Shown here piece by piece: positions 43,162 to 54,581 of a stretch of DNA of 64,000 nt; within the stretch, counting starts at the first letter, position 1; each line of letters begins with the position of its first letter. This stretch comes from an uncultured Spirochaetota bacterium. Its GTDB lineage: Bacteria > Spirochaetota > Spirochaetia > SZUA-6 > Fen-1364. A program made the translations under genes and the position numbers. The stretch lies in the NCBI GenBank assembly GCA_963734545.1, contig CAVTHO010000007.1, positions 544,001 through 608,000 of the forward strand, written 5' to 3'. The notes beneath the pieces were generated by a model. That model ran no database searches and had not been told where the DNA came from. It saw nothing but the letters and a program-made list of their open reading frames with translations.

Positions 43162-43162
43162 G

Positions 43163-43921
43163 GTGGCGTGGTGCGGCGCAGGCAGGGCGGGACGTCAGAT
43201 ACTCGAGGCGATTTTCCCCGGCAGGTGCCTGCTCTGCGGCAAATGGCTCTCCGTAAGCAAAGAAGGCCGCAACGGCGCCACAAGCGCGTGGGGGCAGCCG
43301 AACGTCCTTTCCGTACCCCTGTGCGACCCGTGCCGTACGAGCCTTGTTCCGATCGGCGAGGACCGCTGCGCGAAGTGCGGCATGCGGCTCGTTTCGGAAA
43401 GCGTCACCTGCACACGATGCCGTGAAGCCGACTTCGTCTTCGAATCGAATATTGCTCTTTTTTCTTATTCGCGCGAGGCAAAGGAGCTCATCAGGGCACT
43501 CAAATTCGATGGCAGGCTGCGGCTCGCAGGCTTGTTCGCGGGCCTGGCCTCCTCCGCGTTTTGTCCCGAGTGGGAGACGTATCCGGTCGTGCCCGTGCCG
43601 CCGCGCCCCGGCCGCAAAACCCCGGATCCGGTTGGCCGCGTGGCAGCGTGCCTTGAAAGACAGCATGGAAAAACGGTCAGGCGATTGCTCGTGAGAACAG
43701 GGGGCTTGCAGCAGAAGTCACTCGACCTCCCCAGGCGGAGGGAAAACCTCCGCGGCGTGATTCGGCTGGCTCGAGAACGAGGCCATTTCGGGCTGCCGAC
43801 CCGGGTGATCCTTCTGGACGACATATTCACCACGGGTGCCACGATCGATGCGTGCGCCCGGGTTTTGCGTGATGCAGGCTGCGAGCAGGTCTACGCCGTC
43901 ACCCTGGCAATCGAAGAGTAG
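43163..43921 (+). CDS. comF: ComF family protein (zinc ribbons + phosphoribosyltransferase fold)
   Basis: Four CxxC pairs; LLDDIFTTGAT. Confidence 0.88.
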   Translation: MAWCGAGRAGRQILEAIFPGRCLLCGKWLSVSKEGRNGATSAWGQPNVLSVPLCDPCRTSLVPIGEDRCAKCGMRLVSESVTCTRCREADFVFESNIALFSYSREAKELIRALKFDGRLRLAGLFAGLASSAFCPEWETYPVVPVPPRPGRKTPDPVGRVAACLERQHGKTVRRLLVRTGGLQQKSLDLPRRRENLRGVIRLARERGHFGLPTRVILLDDIFTTGATIDACARVLRDAGCEQVYAVTLAIEE

Positions 43922-43927
43922 GTCAGG

Positions 43928-45148
43928 TCAGTCAGGGTTGCGTTTCAACAACAGGGCGCGGCAGCCGTATTGCTTTCTGCTCGCGACAAGGCGCCATCCG
44001 CGCAGGCCGGCGAGAAACCGATGCGCCTCCGTGCTCGTGCTCACGATGAAAAGCATGCCCCCGGGCTTGACGACGACAGTGGCGGCTTCCGCCATCTCCG
44101 ACTGCCAGGGAACACGCGGGATGGGGTGAGGCGCAGCGCAGAAGAAATCAATGCTTGCGCGGGGCAGGATGTCGAGGAGCCCGATTTCGGAGGGAATCGC
44201 GGCGGCTGTGCGCGGCTCCCTTCCGAACGCCCCCAGGTTGCGCCGAGTGATTTCCAGCTCAAGGGAATCCCGGCTCGCAAGACTGATGCCCGAGACGGCC
44301 CGCGAATGGCGGCGCAGGAGGTACGCCACGAGATGTCCCTGGCCGGGGTTCCAGGCAAGGAGCTCGCCTTTGACGGGCTGGGCGCGAAGCAGGTCGAGGG
44401 AAACAGAGAGGGAGTAGCCGAGGGTGTCAAAATCCGGGAGTGACCACGCTGTTTCGATCTCGTACGAAACATCGGGGCCGGAGAATTCCTGCCTGCCTCT
44501 GATGTAAGGCGCCAGGTCGGGCAGGGGTGTGGTGCCGATTGCATGTGCCTGTCCAGGCCGAAAATGCAGCGTCGTGTGCCTCTTTGTCGTCTCGGAATGG
44601 ACGATTTCGCAGCCGAGCGCCTTCAAGGTGGAAAGCGTAAAAGGGACCAGCGGCGCGACCACCACCACCGCGGCGCGCCCCTGCGGAGTCAGGAAAGCGG
44701 CGACATGACGGAAAAAAGCCTCGAGAACGGGCTGACCGGCCTTGGCGGGCAGGTTCGAGGTCACCAGGTCGAACGACCGGCCATCGAGGTGGTGGAAGGC
44801 GAGCCCGCACTGCACCTCGATAGCCTCTCCCCCGTTCTTCCGGCTGTTCTCCTCCGCAAAAGCGACAGCCATGGCGTCGCGGTCCTGGAGAACGACTGTG
44901 GCGGCCGGCGATCTGCTATGGATGCAGATGCCGATCACACCGACGCCGCAGCCGATGTCAAGGCAGGACCGGACCTCATCCAGGTCAATGTGCTGCGCAA
45001 TCCCTTTCAGCAGGAGTCGGGTGCCTTCGTCGATATCGAAACTGCTGAACAGGGCATGCGAAAGGCTGAATGTCAGATCCTTGCCGCAGAATCTGAATTT
45101 TATTATCTTATTGACGTAGGACGAAAAGTGCTTCATCGAAAAAGGCAC
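43928..45148 (-). CDS. RsmC/MTS-like methyltransferase with a second degenerate MTase domain
   Basis: LFSSFDIDEGTRLLL, LDIGCGVG, VTSNLP; the C-half has the relics WNPGQG and VKPGG. Confidence 0.8.
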   Translation of the reverse strand: MPFSMKHFSSYVNKIIKFRFCGKDLTFSLSHALFSSFDIDEGTRLLLKGIAQHIDLDEVRSCLDIGCGVGVIGICIHSRSPAATVVLQDRDAMAVAFAEENSRKNGGEAIEVQCGLAFHHLDGRSFDLVTSNLPAKAGQPVLEAFFRHVAAFLTPQGRAAVVVVAPLVPFTLSTLKALGCEIVHSETTKRHTTLHFRPGQAHAIGTTPLPDLAPYIRGRQEFSGPDVSYEIETAWSLPDFDTLGYSLSVSLDLLRAQPVKGELLAWNPGQGHLVAYLLRRHSRAVSGISLASRDSLELEITRRNLGAFGREPRTAAAIPSEIGLLDILPRASIDFFCAAPHPIPRVPWQSEMAEAATVVVKPGGMLFIVSTSTEAHRFLAGLRGWRLVASRKQYGCRALLLKRNPD

Positions 45149-45177
45149 GGAGGATTATAGCCCCCGCCGCGCCTCGG

Positions 45178-45243
45178 TTGACAAGAGGTTCCGTATAGTG
45201 TATTTTTTCAGGAGAAAGAGTCGGCCGCGAGACTCTTTTTTTT
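45178..45243 (+). promoter_or_regulatory. Promoter plus rimP-leader-like attenuator hairpin
   Basis: TTGACA-17 nt-TATTTT, then AAAGAGTC-8 nt-GACTCTTT followed by a T run, upstream of rimP-nusA-infB. Confidence 0.7.
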
Positions 45244-45298
45244 GTACCCACGCGCGACATGCAGGCCGGCAATGCGCGCGAGGTCGAAGGTGGATGGA

Positions 45299-45799
45299 GT
45301 GTACTCGGAGCTTTTCGAAAAAGAAGTCCGGGATGCGGTCGAGCCGCTGCTGGCGGGGATGGGGATCTTCCTGGTGGAGCTTTCCATCGGGCGCCTCAAG
45401 GGCGTTGCCCGCGTGAGCGTGGTGATCCACCGCAAAGACCGAGTGCCGCAAGTTCGCGGCGAAGGCGTGGGCATAGACGATTGCGCGGAGGTCTCACGCC
45501 TGCTCCTGCCGCGGCTGCAGACCATCGAGGGGCTTGTGGATGTAAGCCTCGAGGTCAGCTCGCCGGGCATTGAACGGACCATCCGGAGCCCTGCCGAGTA
45601 CGAGATCTTTGTCGGCAGGGGCGTGCGGATACTCGCCGGGACCGACACGGAGTGGTTCGGCGGCATCATCGACCGGGTGGAGGCAGGCACCCTCTGGCTG
45701 AAGAAGGGCAGGGAGAAGCGCGGGTTCGCGCTCGCTGAGATTCGCAAAGCGCGATTGGACTATTCGGTGGAGGTTGAGGAAGCCAAAAATGCAGTCTGA
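45299..45799 (+). CDS. rimP: Ribosome maturation factor RimP
   Basis: GIDDCAEVSR, LEVSSPGIER, IRKARL; the start codon is approximate. Confidence 0.93.
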   Translation: MYSELFEKEVRDAVEPLLAGMGIFLVELSIGRLKGVARVSVVIHRKDRVPQVRGEGVGIDDCAEVSRLLLPRLQTIEGLVDVSLEVSSPGIERTIRSPAEYEIFVGRGVRILAGTDTEWFGGIIDRVEAGTLWLKKGREKRGFALAEIRKARLDYSVEVEEAKNAV

Positions 45800-47414
45800 A
45801 CTGTCGCAGGCAATCAAGCAGCTCGTGCAGGAGCGGGGGATCCCCGAGGACCTGGTCATGAGCACGATCGAGAACTTCCTCCTCGCCGCGTACAAGAAGA
45901 AGTACGGGGTGGTGGACAACGCCGTGGTGCGCTTCAGCGATGACAGCACCGAGGTGACTCTGTTCGCCAAGAAGAAGATCGTTCTCGACGACGACCTGGA
46001 CGACCCGGTCTACGAGATGCCGCTCTCGGAGGCCCTCGAGCTGAACGAGGAGTGCGAGGTCGGGGACGAGCTCCTCATCGAGATCAACCCGAAGGAGTTC
46101 GACCGCGTTTCCGTGCAGAGCGCCAAGCAGAAGGCGCGCCAGAGCCTGCGGGAGATCCAGAAGGACACGCTGTACTCGGAGTACAAGGACAAGGTCGGTG
46201 AGATGATCATCGGCTACTACCAGCGCGAGCGCAACGGCAACATCTACGTCGACCTCGGCAAGACCGAGGGTATCCTCCCCAAGAAGTACCAGTCCCCGCG
46301 CGAGATCTACCATCCCAACGACCGGATCAAGGCGCTGATCTACGAGGTGGTGAAGACGCCCACGGGGCTGCAGATCGTGCTTTCGCGCAACCACGCGGAG
46401 TTCGTGAAGAAGATCTTCGAGCTCGAGGTGCCGGAGATCTACGACAAGACCATCGAGATCATGAAGATCGTGCGGGAGCCCGGCTACCGCACCAAGATCG
46501 CGGTGCGCTCCACGCGCGAGGACGTGGACCCGGTCGGCGCCTGCGTCGGCCTGAAGGGCGTGCGCATCCAGGCCGTTGTGCGCGAGCTGGAGGGCGAGAA
46601 GATCGACATCCTGCGCTACTCGCTGGACTCGCGCAGCTTCATCAAGAACGCCCTGTCACCCGCCGAGGTGAACCAGGTGGTCATCCTCGACGAGCCGAAG
46701 AAGCTCGCCCTGGCCATCGTGCCGGACGCCTCCTTCTCCCTGGCCATCGGCAAGCAGGGACTGAACGTGCGCCTGGCCAACCGGCTCACGGACTGGAACA
46801 TCGACGTCAAGACGGAGAGCCAGTTCTCCGAGATGGACATCTCCGCGGAGGCCAAGCGCGCCGTTTCGGCCCTCTTCGGCGAGCCGGAGGAGGAGATCCA
46901 GAAGATCTCCGAGCTGCCCGGGCATCCCGCAGCGGCTGGTCGAAATACTGGAGAAGGACAAGATCGACGACATCGAGAGCCTCGTCGCCCTCGCCCCGGA
47001 GCAGCTCGCGGCCCTGGAGGGCATCACCGCCGGAAGACATCCAGACCCTGCACAAGATCATCGAGGAGAACGTCGAGATCGTGGAGGAAGAGCCCGTCGG
47101 AGGAGGCGGCCGGCGCGGAAGAGCGACGGCGGAAGCTGGCCGGCGCGGAGACCGCCGCAGCCTGCAGGCGGAGCGCGGCGGAGCCGCGGCCGGAGCAGGC
47201 CGCGGAGGCCGGTCGGCCCCCGTTGAGCGTTCCTCTGCCGAAGGCAGCCGCAGGCAGCCCGGATGGAAGTCGTCGCGGAAGAGACACGTACGAGTGCCCT
47301 GAGTGCGGACCGTCCATCACGCCGGACATGGCTACTTGTCCAAATTGCGGCGTCGGTTTAACCTTCGAGGAGAGCGCAGAAGACACACCGCCAGGGGCGG
47401 ACAAGGAAGAGTAA
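45789..47414 (+). CDS. nusA: Transcription factor NusA with C-terminal zinc ribbon, indels in 3' third
   Basis: S1/KH core ([31 protein letters not shown]); tail YECPECG..CPNCG. Confidence 0.95.
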   Translation: MQSELSQAIKQLVQERGIPEDLVMSTIENFLLAAYKKKYGVVDNAVVRFSDDSTEVTLFAKKKIVLDDDLDDPVYEMPLSEALELNEECEVGDELLIEINPKEFDRVSVQSAKQKARQSLREIQKDTLYSEYKDKVGEMIIGYYQRERNGNIYVDLGKTEGILPKKYQSPREIYHPNDRIKALIYEVVKTPTGLQIVLSRNHAEFVKKIFELEVPEIYDKTIEIMKIVREPGYRTKIAVRSTREDVDPVGACVGLKGVRIQAVVRELEGEKIDILRYSLDSRSFIKNALSPAEVNQVVILDEPKKLALAIVPDASFSLAIGKQGLNVRLANRLTDWNIDVKTESQFSEMDISAEAKRAVSALFGEPEEEIQKISELPGHPAAAGRNTGEGQDRRHREPRRPRPGAARGPGGHHRRKTSRPCTRSSRRTSRSWRKSPSEEAAGAEERRRKLAGAETAAACRRSAAEPRPEQAAEAGRPPLSVPLPKAAAGSPDGSRRGRDTYECPECGPSITPDMATCPNCGVGLTFEESAEDTPPGADKEE

Positions 47415-47424
47415 GAGAGCAGGT

Positions 47425-49995
47425 ATGCCCGAGGAACTGGACAGCAAGAAAAAACCCAAGACCACGCTCATCAAGCACAAGAAGGCGGAGGAGGAGATCC
47501 CGGTCGGTCGTCGAAGAAGCCGCCTCCTCCCGGAAAAGAAAAAGGTGGTCGTGGTCAAGAAAAAGGTCGTCGTGGTCGCCAAGAAGACCGACGCACAAGG
47601 TGGTGGCGGCAGCACCCGAGGCCGCGAAGCCCGAGGCTGCTGCCGCTCCGCGCGCCGCCGCCGCAAAGCCTGCCGCGCGCCGCCCATCCCCCTGCACATG
47701 CGCAGCCCGAAGCTGCTCCACGCGGCAGGCGCGCGCCCTGCCCAGGCGCAGGCCCACGCGCACGCGCCAGCGCGCGCTCACCCGCGGCCCGTCCGCCGGC
47801 GCATCGCTCCGCTCGAGCGGGGAACGGCCCCGCGTTCATTCACCGCCGGAAAAGAGGCCCGAGCCCGCGGCCTTCCGTGCGCGAATCCGTGCGGGAAAAG
47901 ATGCGGCTGACCCCGCTTCCCCCGCGGCCTGCCGGCCCGCCGCCGCCGACAGGGAGGTCAGGGCGGCCCGCAGGGGTATGGCCCCCCGCGCTCGGGCCAG
48001 CGGCCCCGCCGCCCGGACAGCGGCGGCTCTTCATCAGTCGACGGGCACCGACGACAAGAAGCCGCCGGCCAAGAAGTTCTTCTCCAAGGCCAAGAGGAAG
48101 ATCGAGTATCCGAAGCGCAAGCACGATCAGCCGGAGGAGAAGTACCTGCAGGTCAAGAAGAAGACCGTCATCATGGCCAACCCGGTGCCCAAGGAGATCT
48201 CCATCACGGAGGGCATCACGGTTTCCGACCTGGCCAAGAAGATGAACCTCAAGAGCTCGGACCTCATCCACAAGCTCATGGGCATGGGGATGATGGTCAC
48301 GATCAACCAGCAGATCGACTCGGACACGGCATCCCTTCTGGCCGCGGAGTACGACTGCAAGGTGAACGTGGTCTCCCTGTACGACGAGACGGTGATCGAG
48401 GAAGACAAGGAGCTGGCAGGAGGACCTCAGGCCCCGGCCGCCCATCGTCACGATCATGGGACACGTCGACCACGGCAAGACCAAGCTCCTGGACGCCATC
48501 CGCAGCGCCAACGTCGCGGAGGGCGAGTACGGCGGCATCACGCAGCACATCGGCGCCTACTGCGTCGACCTCCCGGCCACGGCGGAGGCATCAGGGCGGA
48601 TCGTGTTCCTGGACACCCCGGGCCACGAGGCGTTCACCATGATGCGGGCCCGCGGCGCCCAGGTGACGGACATCGTCGTGCTGGTCGTCTCCGCGGTGGA
48701 CGGGGTCATGCCGCAGACCATCGAGGCCATCAACCACGCCAAGCAGGCGGAGGTCCCGATCATCGTCGCGGTCAACAAGGTGGACCTCGCCGAGGCGAAC
48801 GTGGAGCTGGTGAAGCGGCAGCTCTCCGAGCACGGCCTGACCCCCGAGGAGTGGGGCGGCACCACGCATCTACAACGAGGTCTCGGCCCTCAAGAAGACG
48901 GGCATCAAGGAGCTGCTGGAAAGCATCCTGCTGCAGGCCGAGGTGCTCGAGCTGAAGGCGAGCTACGAGAGCACGGGCGCTCGGGCATCGTGCTGGAGTC
49001 CCGCGTGGACATGGGACGCGGCATCGTGGCCACGGTGATACTGCAGAAGGGTACCCTGCGCGCGGGAGATTCCTTCGTGGCCGGCATCTATTCGGGCAAG
49101 GTGCGCGCCCTCTTCAACGACAAGGGAGAGAAGGTCACCGAGGCCACTCCGTCCCTTCCCGTGGAGGTCATCGGCTTCACCAGCATCCCCAACGCGGGCG
49201 ACCCGTTCCAGGTCACCGACACCGAGCAGACGGCACGGACCATCGGCAGCAAGCGCCAGGAGCTGAAGAAGCAGGAGGAGTCGAAGAACGTCAAGAAGGT
49301 CACGCTGGACAACCTGTACGAGCAGATCAAGGAAGGCCAGATCCAGGAGCTGAAGGTCATCATCAAGGCGGACGTGGCCGGCTCCGTGGAGGCCCTGAAG
49401 TCCTCCCTGCAGAAGCTGTCGACCTCCGAGGTGAAGCTGGAGGTGATCCACGCCGCGGCGGGGGCCATCAACGAGGGCGACGTCATGCTCGCCTCCACCT
49501 CCAACGCCCTGATCGTCGGGTTCCACGTGCGGCCGAGCGCCGCGGCGCAGAGCCTCGCGGACCGCGAGAAGGTGGAGATCCGCAAGTACAACATCATCTA
49601 CGACGCGCTGGAGGACATCCGCTCCGCCATGGAAGGCCTGCTGAAGCCCGAGCTTCGGGAGGAGCAGATCGGCACCGTCGAGGTGCGCAACACCTTCAAG
49701 ATCCCGAAGATCGGCACCATCGCCGGCTGCCAGGTCATGAGCGGGCAAGGTGAGGCGCAACGCCGACGTCCGGCTCATCCGGGACGGCGTGGAGATCTTC
49801 AAGGGCAAGATCTCCTCGCTGAAGCGGTTCAAGGACGACGCGCGCGAGGTCGAGGAAGGCTTCGAGTGCGGCATCGGCCTGGAAGGCTTCCACGACATCA
49901 AGGTCGGGGACACCATCGAGGTCTACGAGACCCGGGAGCTCGCCAAGAAGCTGGAGGGGAGCCGCGATGGCGGAAGTAAGGCTCCGGCGAATTGA
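47425..49995 (+). CDS. infB: Translation initiation factor IF-2, multiple indels
   Basis: [52 protein letters not shown]. Confidence 0.96.
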
Positions 49996-50315
49996 GAGCC
50001 TCCTGCGGCAGGAGATCTGCTCCATGATCTTCACGGGGGAGATCAAGGACCCGCGAATCGAGCAGCTCACGACGGTGACCGAGGTCAAGGTCTCCCGCGA
50101 CCTCGGCCACGCCAAGGTCTGGGTGTCCCGCTTCGGGACCGGGCCGCGGTGGCCGGCAGCGTGGACGGCCCTCAACCATGCCGCGGGCTACATCCAGGGC
50201 GTTCTCTCCAAGCGCATCTCCCTGCGGATCTTCCCCCGGCTCACATTCCTGCGTCGACGACTCCATGGAGAACGGGTTCCGCATCGCGCAGAAGCTGCGG
50301 GACATCATGCATTGA
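49967..50315 (+). CDS. rbfA: Ribosome-binding factor A, indel near 3' end
   Basis: [26 protein letters not shown]. Confidence 0.92.
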
Positions 50316-51212
50316 CAGAAGGCATCATCCTCCTCGACAAGCCCGCCGGGTCAGACCTCCTTCCAGTCACTGGGCGAGCTGAAACGACGCCTGGGCACCG
50401 GACGGGTGGGGCACGCGGGCACGCTGGACAAGTTCGCGGAAGGCCTCCTGGTCGTGCTTGCCGGCCGCATGACGCGGCTGTGCGCTTTCGCCACCTCCCT
50501 GGACAAGGAATACGTCGCCAAGGTCTTTTTCGGACGCACCACGGACACGCTGGACCCGGAAGGGCAGGTGACGGAAACCGGATCGGTCCCTTCCCGAGCG
50601 GAGATCGAGGGCGCACTGTCGGGTTTCAAAGGCACGATTCTCCAGACGCCGCCGGCATATTCCGCAGTCCACGTCGGCGGCACACGCGCGTACAAGGCGG
50701 CACGGGCGGGGGAGCCCCTGGTCATACCTCCCCGCGAAGTGACCATCGACAGGATCGACCTCATCGATTTCAAGTCCCCCGAAGCGACACTCCGCGTCTC
50801 CTGTTCAAAGGGCACGTACATCCGCTCCCTCGCGCGGGATATCGCTGAGAGTCTGGGCACCTGCGCGTTCGTTTCAGAGCTTCGCCGGGTCCGCATCGGC
50901 GGATTCCTCCTGGAACAGGCGGTACCGCCCGACCTGTTCGATCCACGGACCGATCTCCTGCCTCCGGATAGGTTTTTCGACGCCGCGCCGGGCCTCGGCA
51001 GGCTCGTGGTGAGGGAATCCTGGGCTTCCCGGGTCGGGAACGGATATCCGCTGGACACTGAGAGCTTCGAGGCCGTGCCGGATGGGGACGGGCTCTTCGG
51101 CGCGTTTTCCCGCTCCGGAAGACTCCTGGCAGTGACGGAAAAGCGGGCGGGCGGATGGAGATACGCTGCCGCATTCCCGGAGGAGCCGCGGCCGGACGAG
51201 GACCCGGTATGA
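50312..51212 (+). CDS. truB: tRNA pseudouridine-55 synthase, indel near 50350
   Basis: GIILLDKPAG, GHAGTLDKFAEG, TTDTLD, CSKGTYIRSLARD. Confidence 0.94.
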
Positions 51213-51997
51213 CCGTGCTCACCTGGGACAGCCTGCTGGGCCGGAGGGCGCCTCTTGACAGGCCTGTGCGCATGACAATCGGGACTTTCGACGGCCTTCA
51301 TATCGGGCACCGAAGGCTCATGAAAAGCGTCGTGGAGGGAGAAGGGGCCGGCCTCCCGCTGGTCGTAACTTTTCGGCAAAGCCCTGCTGCGGTGCTGTCG
51401 CCCGGGTCGTTCCCTGGATTGATCATGACCTGGCGGCAAAAACTCGCTCGATTGGAGAGTCTGGGCATCCAGGCGGTCGTGGTAATTGACTTTTCCGAGG
51501 AAATGAGTAATCTTTCTGGCGAGGCATTCATAGGCCTGTTGAAAGAAAATCTTACCATCGAGAAGATAGTCGTCGGGCATAACTTTCGCTTTGGTAAGGG
51601 CAGGAACGCGGGGACCGACGATTTGAAGGAGATGCTATCGGGCACGGGGATCGAGGTGCAGGTGACCGAGCCGGTGCTCTGGGGCGAAAGGATAGTGTCG
51701 AGCTCCCGCATACGCACAACAATCCAGGATGGCGATTTCTCCGAGGCCAAAGCCATGCTGGTGACCGCCTACAGCCTGGACCTGCGCGGCGTTCCCGCGC
51801 GCCCAGCAGGCGGCGGGAGGCTGCATTTTTCGAAAAGTGATCTGAAGCAGGTGCTGCCCCGGCAGGGTGTGTACGCGGTAGACTGCGGTGAGGCGGCGGC
51901 ACGGCCGGGGCAGCTCACCGTCGGTGAAGACGCCCTGACGCTCCTCGTCCCGGATGGAAAAGAGATAGAGACCGTTTATTTCGAGCAAGCATATTGA
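51209..51997 (+). CDS. ribF: FAD synthetase (FMN adenylyltransferase) with reduced C-terminal domain
   Basis: IGTFDGLHIGH, VGHNFRFG, VSSSRIR; no PTAN kinase motif. Confidence 0.85.
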   Translation: MTVLTWDSLLGRRAPLDRPVRMTIGTFDGLHIGHRRLMKSVVEGEGAGLPLVVTFRQSPAAVLSPGSFPGLIMTWRQKLARLESLGIQAVVVIDFSEEMSNLSGEAFIGLLKENLTIEKIVVGHNFRFGKGRNAGTDDLKEMLSGTGIEVQVTEPVLWGERIVSSSRIRTTIQDGDFSEAKAMLVTAYSLDLRGVPARPAGGGRLHFSKSDLKQVLPRQGVYAVDCGEAAARPGQLTVGEDALTLLVPDGKEIETVYFEQAY

Positions 51998-52022
51998 GTA
52001 AGCAAATGAAAGGAGTCGTGGA

Positions 52023-52293
52023 ATGCCACTGACGAAGCAGCTCAAGGAAGAGATTGTGAAGACATTTGGAGCCAATGAAAAGGATACCGGAAAGACGGAG
52101 GTGCAGGTCGCACTCCTCACCAAGCGCGTGGAGGAGCTGACTGAGCACTTCAAGCGTCATCCCAAGGACAACAACTCCCGACGCGGCCTGCTGATGCTCG
52201 TCGGACAGCGGCGCCGGCTGCTCGCGTACTTGCGCAAGAGAGACCTCGACAAGTACCGCGAAGATCATAGAGCGGCTCAACCTGCGCAAGTAA
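52023..52293 (+). CDS. rpsO: 30S ribosomal protein S15, indel near 52260
   Basis: [25 protein letters not shown]; true end IIERLNLRK* at 52293. Confidence 0.95.
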
Positions 52294-52313
52294 GCGCGAA
52301 AGCAAGGATACAG

Positions 52314-54581
52314 ATGGAACATCGTGTAACATTCAAAATCGGGGAGGAGGAGCTCATCCTCGAAACGGGCAAGATGGCCAAACAGGCCAACGGCGCGGTT
52401 TTTGCCCGGCTGGGGGGCTCTACGGTCCTGGCCACCGCCTGTTGCGCGGACAACGAGAAGGAAGACCTCGACTTCATCCCGCTCTCCGTGGACTACATCG
52501 AGAAGTACTACGCCGCGGGCAAGATCCCCGGCGGATTCATCAAGCGGGAGGGCAGGCCCAAGGACAAGGAAGTCCTGGTCTCACGGCTCATAGACCGTCC
52601 CATCCGCCCCCTTTTCTCCCGGCTTTTCCGCAGCGAGATCCAGGTCATCCCCATCGTCATCTCCACGGATCTGGTCAACCCTCCGGACATTCTGGCTATG
52701 AACGCGGCCTCCGCCGCAATCACGATTTCCGATATCCCCTTCGAGGGCCCCATCGGCGCCGTGCGCATGGGCTACGTCGACGGCGCGCTGGTGGTCAACC
52801 CGACCTTCGACCAGATCCTGGTCAGCCAGATAGACCTGATTGTCGCGGGCACTGAGAAGGGCATCACCATGGTGGAAGGCGGAGCGCACCAGGTGTCCGG
52901 AGTCCCTCATTATCGAGGCAATTGAAAAGGCGCACCTCACGATCCGCGAGCTGTGCAGGATCCAGAACGAGCTGGCGCGGCTGGCGGGAAAGCAGAAGCT
53001 CCCCCTCGTCGAAAAGCCGACGACGTTCACCCTCGGCGAGGAAGTGCGGGAATGGGCGATTTGCCAAGTTCGAAGCAGGCCTGCTTCGTCAAGGGCAAGG
53101 AGGTCCGCGCCGCGGCCATCAAGGCGGTGCGGGAAGAAGCGAAAGCTCATTTCGCCGACCGGCTTGCCGAGACCGACGTGAAGCCGGTGAAGGCGCTGTT
53201 CGAGGACATGGAGCAGGAGATCATGCGCGCCTCCATCGTGGGAAAGGGCGTCCGCACGGACGGCCGTTCGCCCGTCGCAGATCCGCCCCATCACCTGCGA
53301 GATCGACGTGCTCCCGCGCACCCATGGCGTCGGCGCTGTTCACCCGCGGGGAGACGCAGGCCCTGGTCGTGACCACGCTCGGCACCGCGCTGGACGAGCA
53401 GATCATGGACAACATCGACGGGGACAGCAGGAAGAACTTCATGCTGCACTACAATTTCCCTCCGTTCTCCGTGGGAGAAGTGGGACGCCTCGGTTCGCCC
53501 GGCCGACGCGAGATCGGGCACGGCCACCTGGCCGAGCGCGCCATCAGCATGGTCCTGCCGAGGAAGGAAAACTTCCCGTACACGATCCGCATCGTCTCGG
53601 AGATCCTCGAGTCCAACGGCTCCTCCTCCATGGCCACCGTGTGCGGAAGCACCCTGAGCCTCCTCAACGCGGGCGTGCGCATCGAGAAGCCGGTCGCGGG
53701 AATCGCGATGGGCCTCGTGAAGGAAGGCGACAAGTTCGTCGTCCTGAGCGACATCCTCGGGCGAGGAAGATCACCTCGGCGACATGGACTTCAAGGTCGC
53801 CGGCACCGAGGACGGGATCACGGCCCTCCAGATGGACATCAAGATCGAAGGGGTGAGCGCGGAGATCCTGCCAGAAGGCGCTGGGACAGGCGAAGGAAGG
53901 CCGCCTGCACATCCTGGGAATCATGAACAAGACCATTTCCGCAGCCGCGCAGCGACATCTCCGATTTCGCGCCCAAGGTCATCTCGCTCAAGGTGCCGAC
54001 GGAGAAAGATCGGGCTGATCATCGGCCCGGGCGGCAAGAACATCAAGGGAATGAGCGAGAAGACCGGCTCCACGATCAACATCGACGACGACGGCACGGT
54101 CACGATCTACAACCACCTCAAGGAGGGCGCGGAGAAGGCTCAGACGCATGGTCGAAGGCCTGATCGAGGAGGCGGTGGTCGGCAAGACGTACACCGGGCC
54201 GGTGAAGCGGATCATGGATTTCGGCGCGTTCGTCGAGATCCTTCCCGGCAAGGAAGGCCTCGTCCACATCTCCAAGCTGGCCGCCGGCCGGGTGGAGAAC
54301 GTCAGCGACGTGGTGCACGAAGGACAGGAGCTCACCGTCACGGTCACCGAGATCGACCACATGGGCCGCATCAACCTTGCCACGAAGGAAGCGCTGGATG
54401 CCAACCCCGCGCTCCTCACCGAGCACGCGGAGCGAAGGCCCCCCGCGCCGGGACGGCGACAGGCCCCGCAGCGGCGGCTACCGCGACGGCCCCCGCAGGC
54501 CAGGGCGGCTTCTCGGACAGGCCGCCCCGCCGCGATGAGGGACCGCGCAGCGGGCCCCGTCCCCCGCGGAGAGATGGGTGA
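52314..54581 (+). CDS. pnp: Polyribonucleotide nucleotidyltransferase, multiple indels
   Basis: [38 protein letters not shown] and S1 domains. Confidence 0.96.

Noticed and set aside
52023-52925. Apparent S15-PNPase fusion in the ORF track
   Set aside because: One extra base near 52260 explains it; the normal rpsO end (LNLRK*) and pnp start are present.
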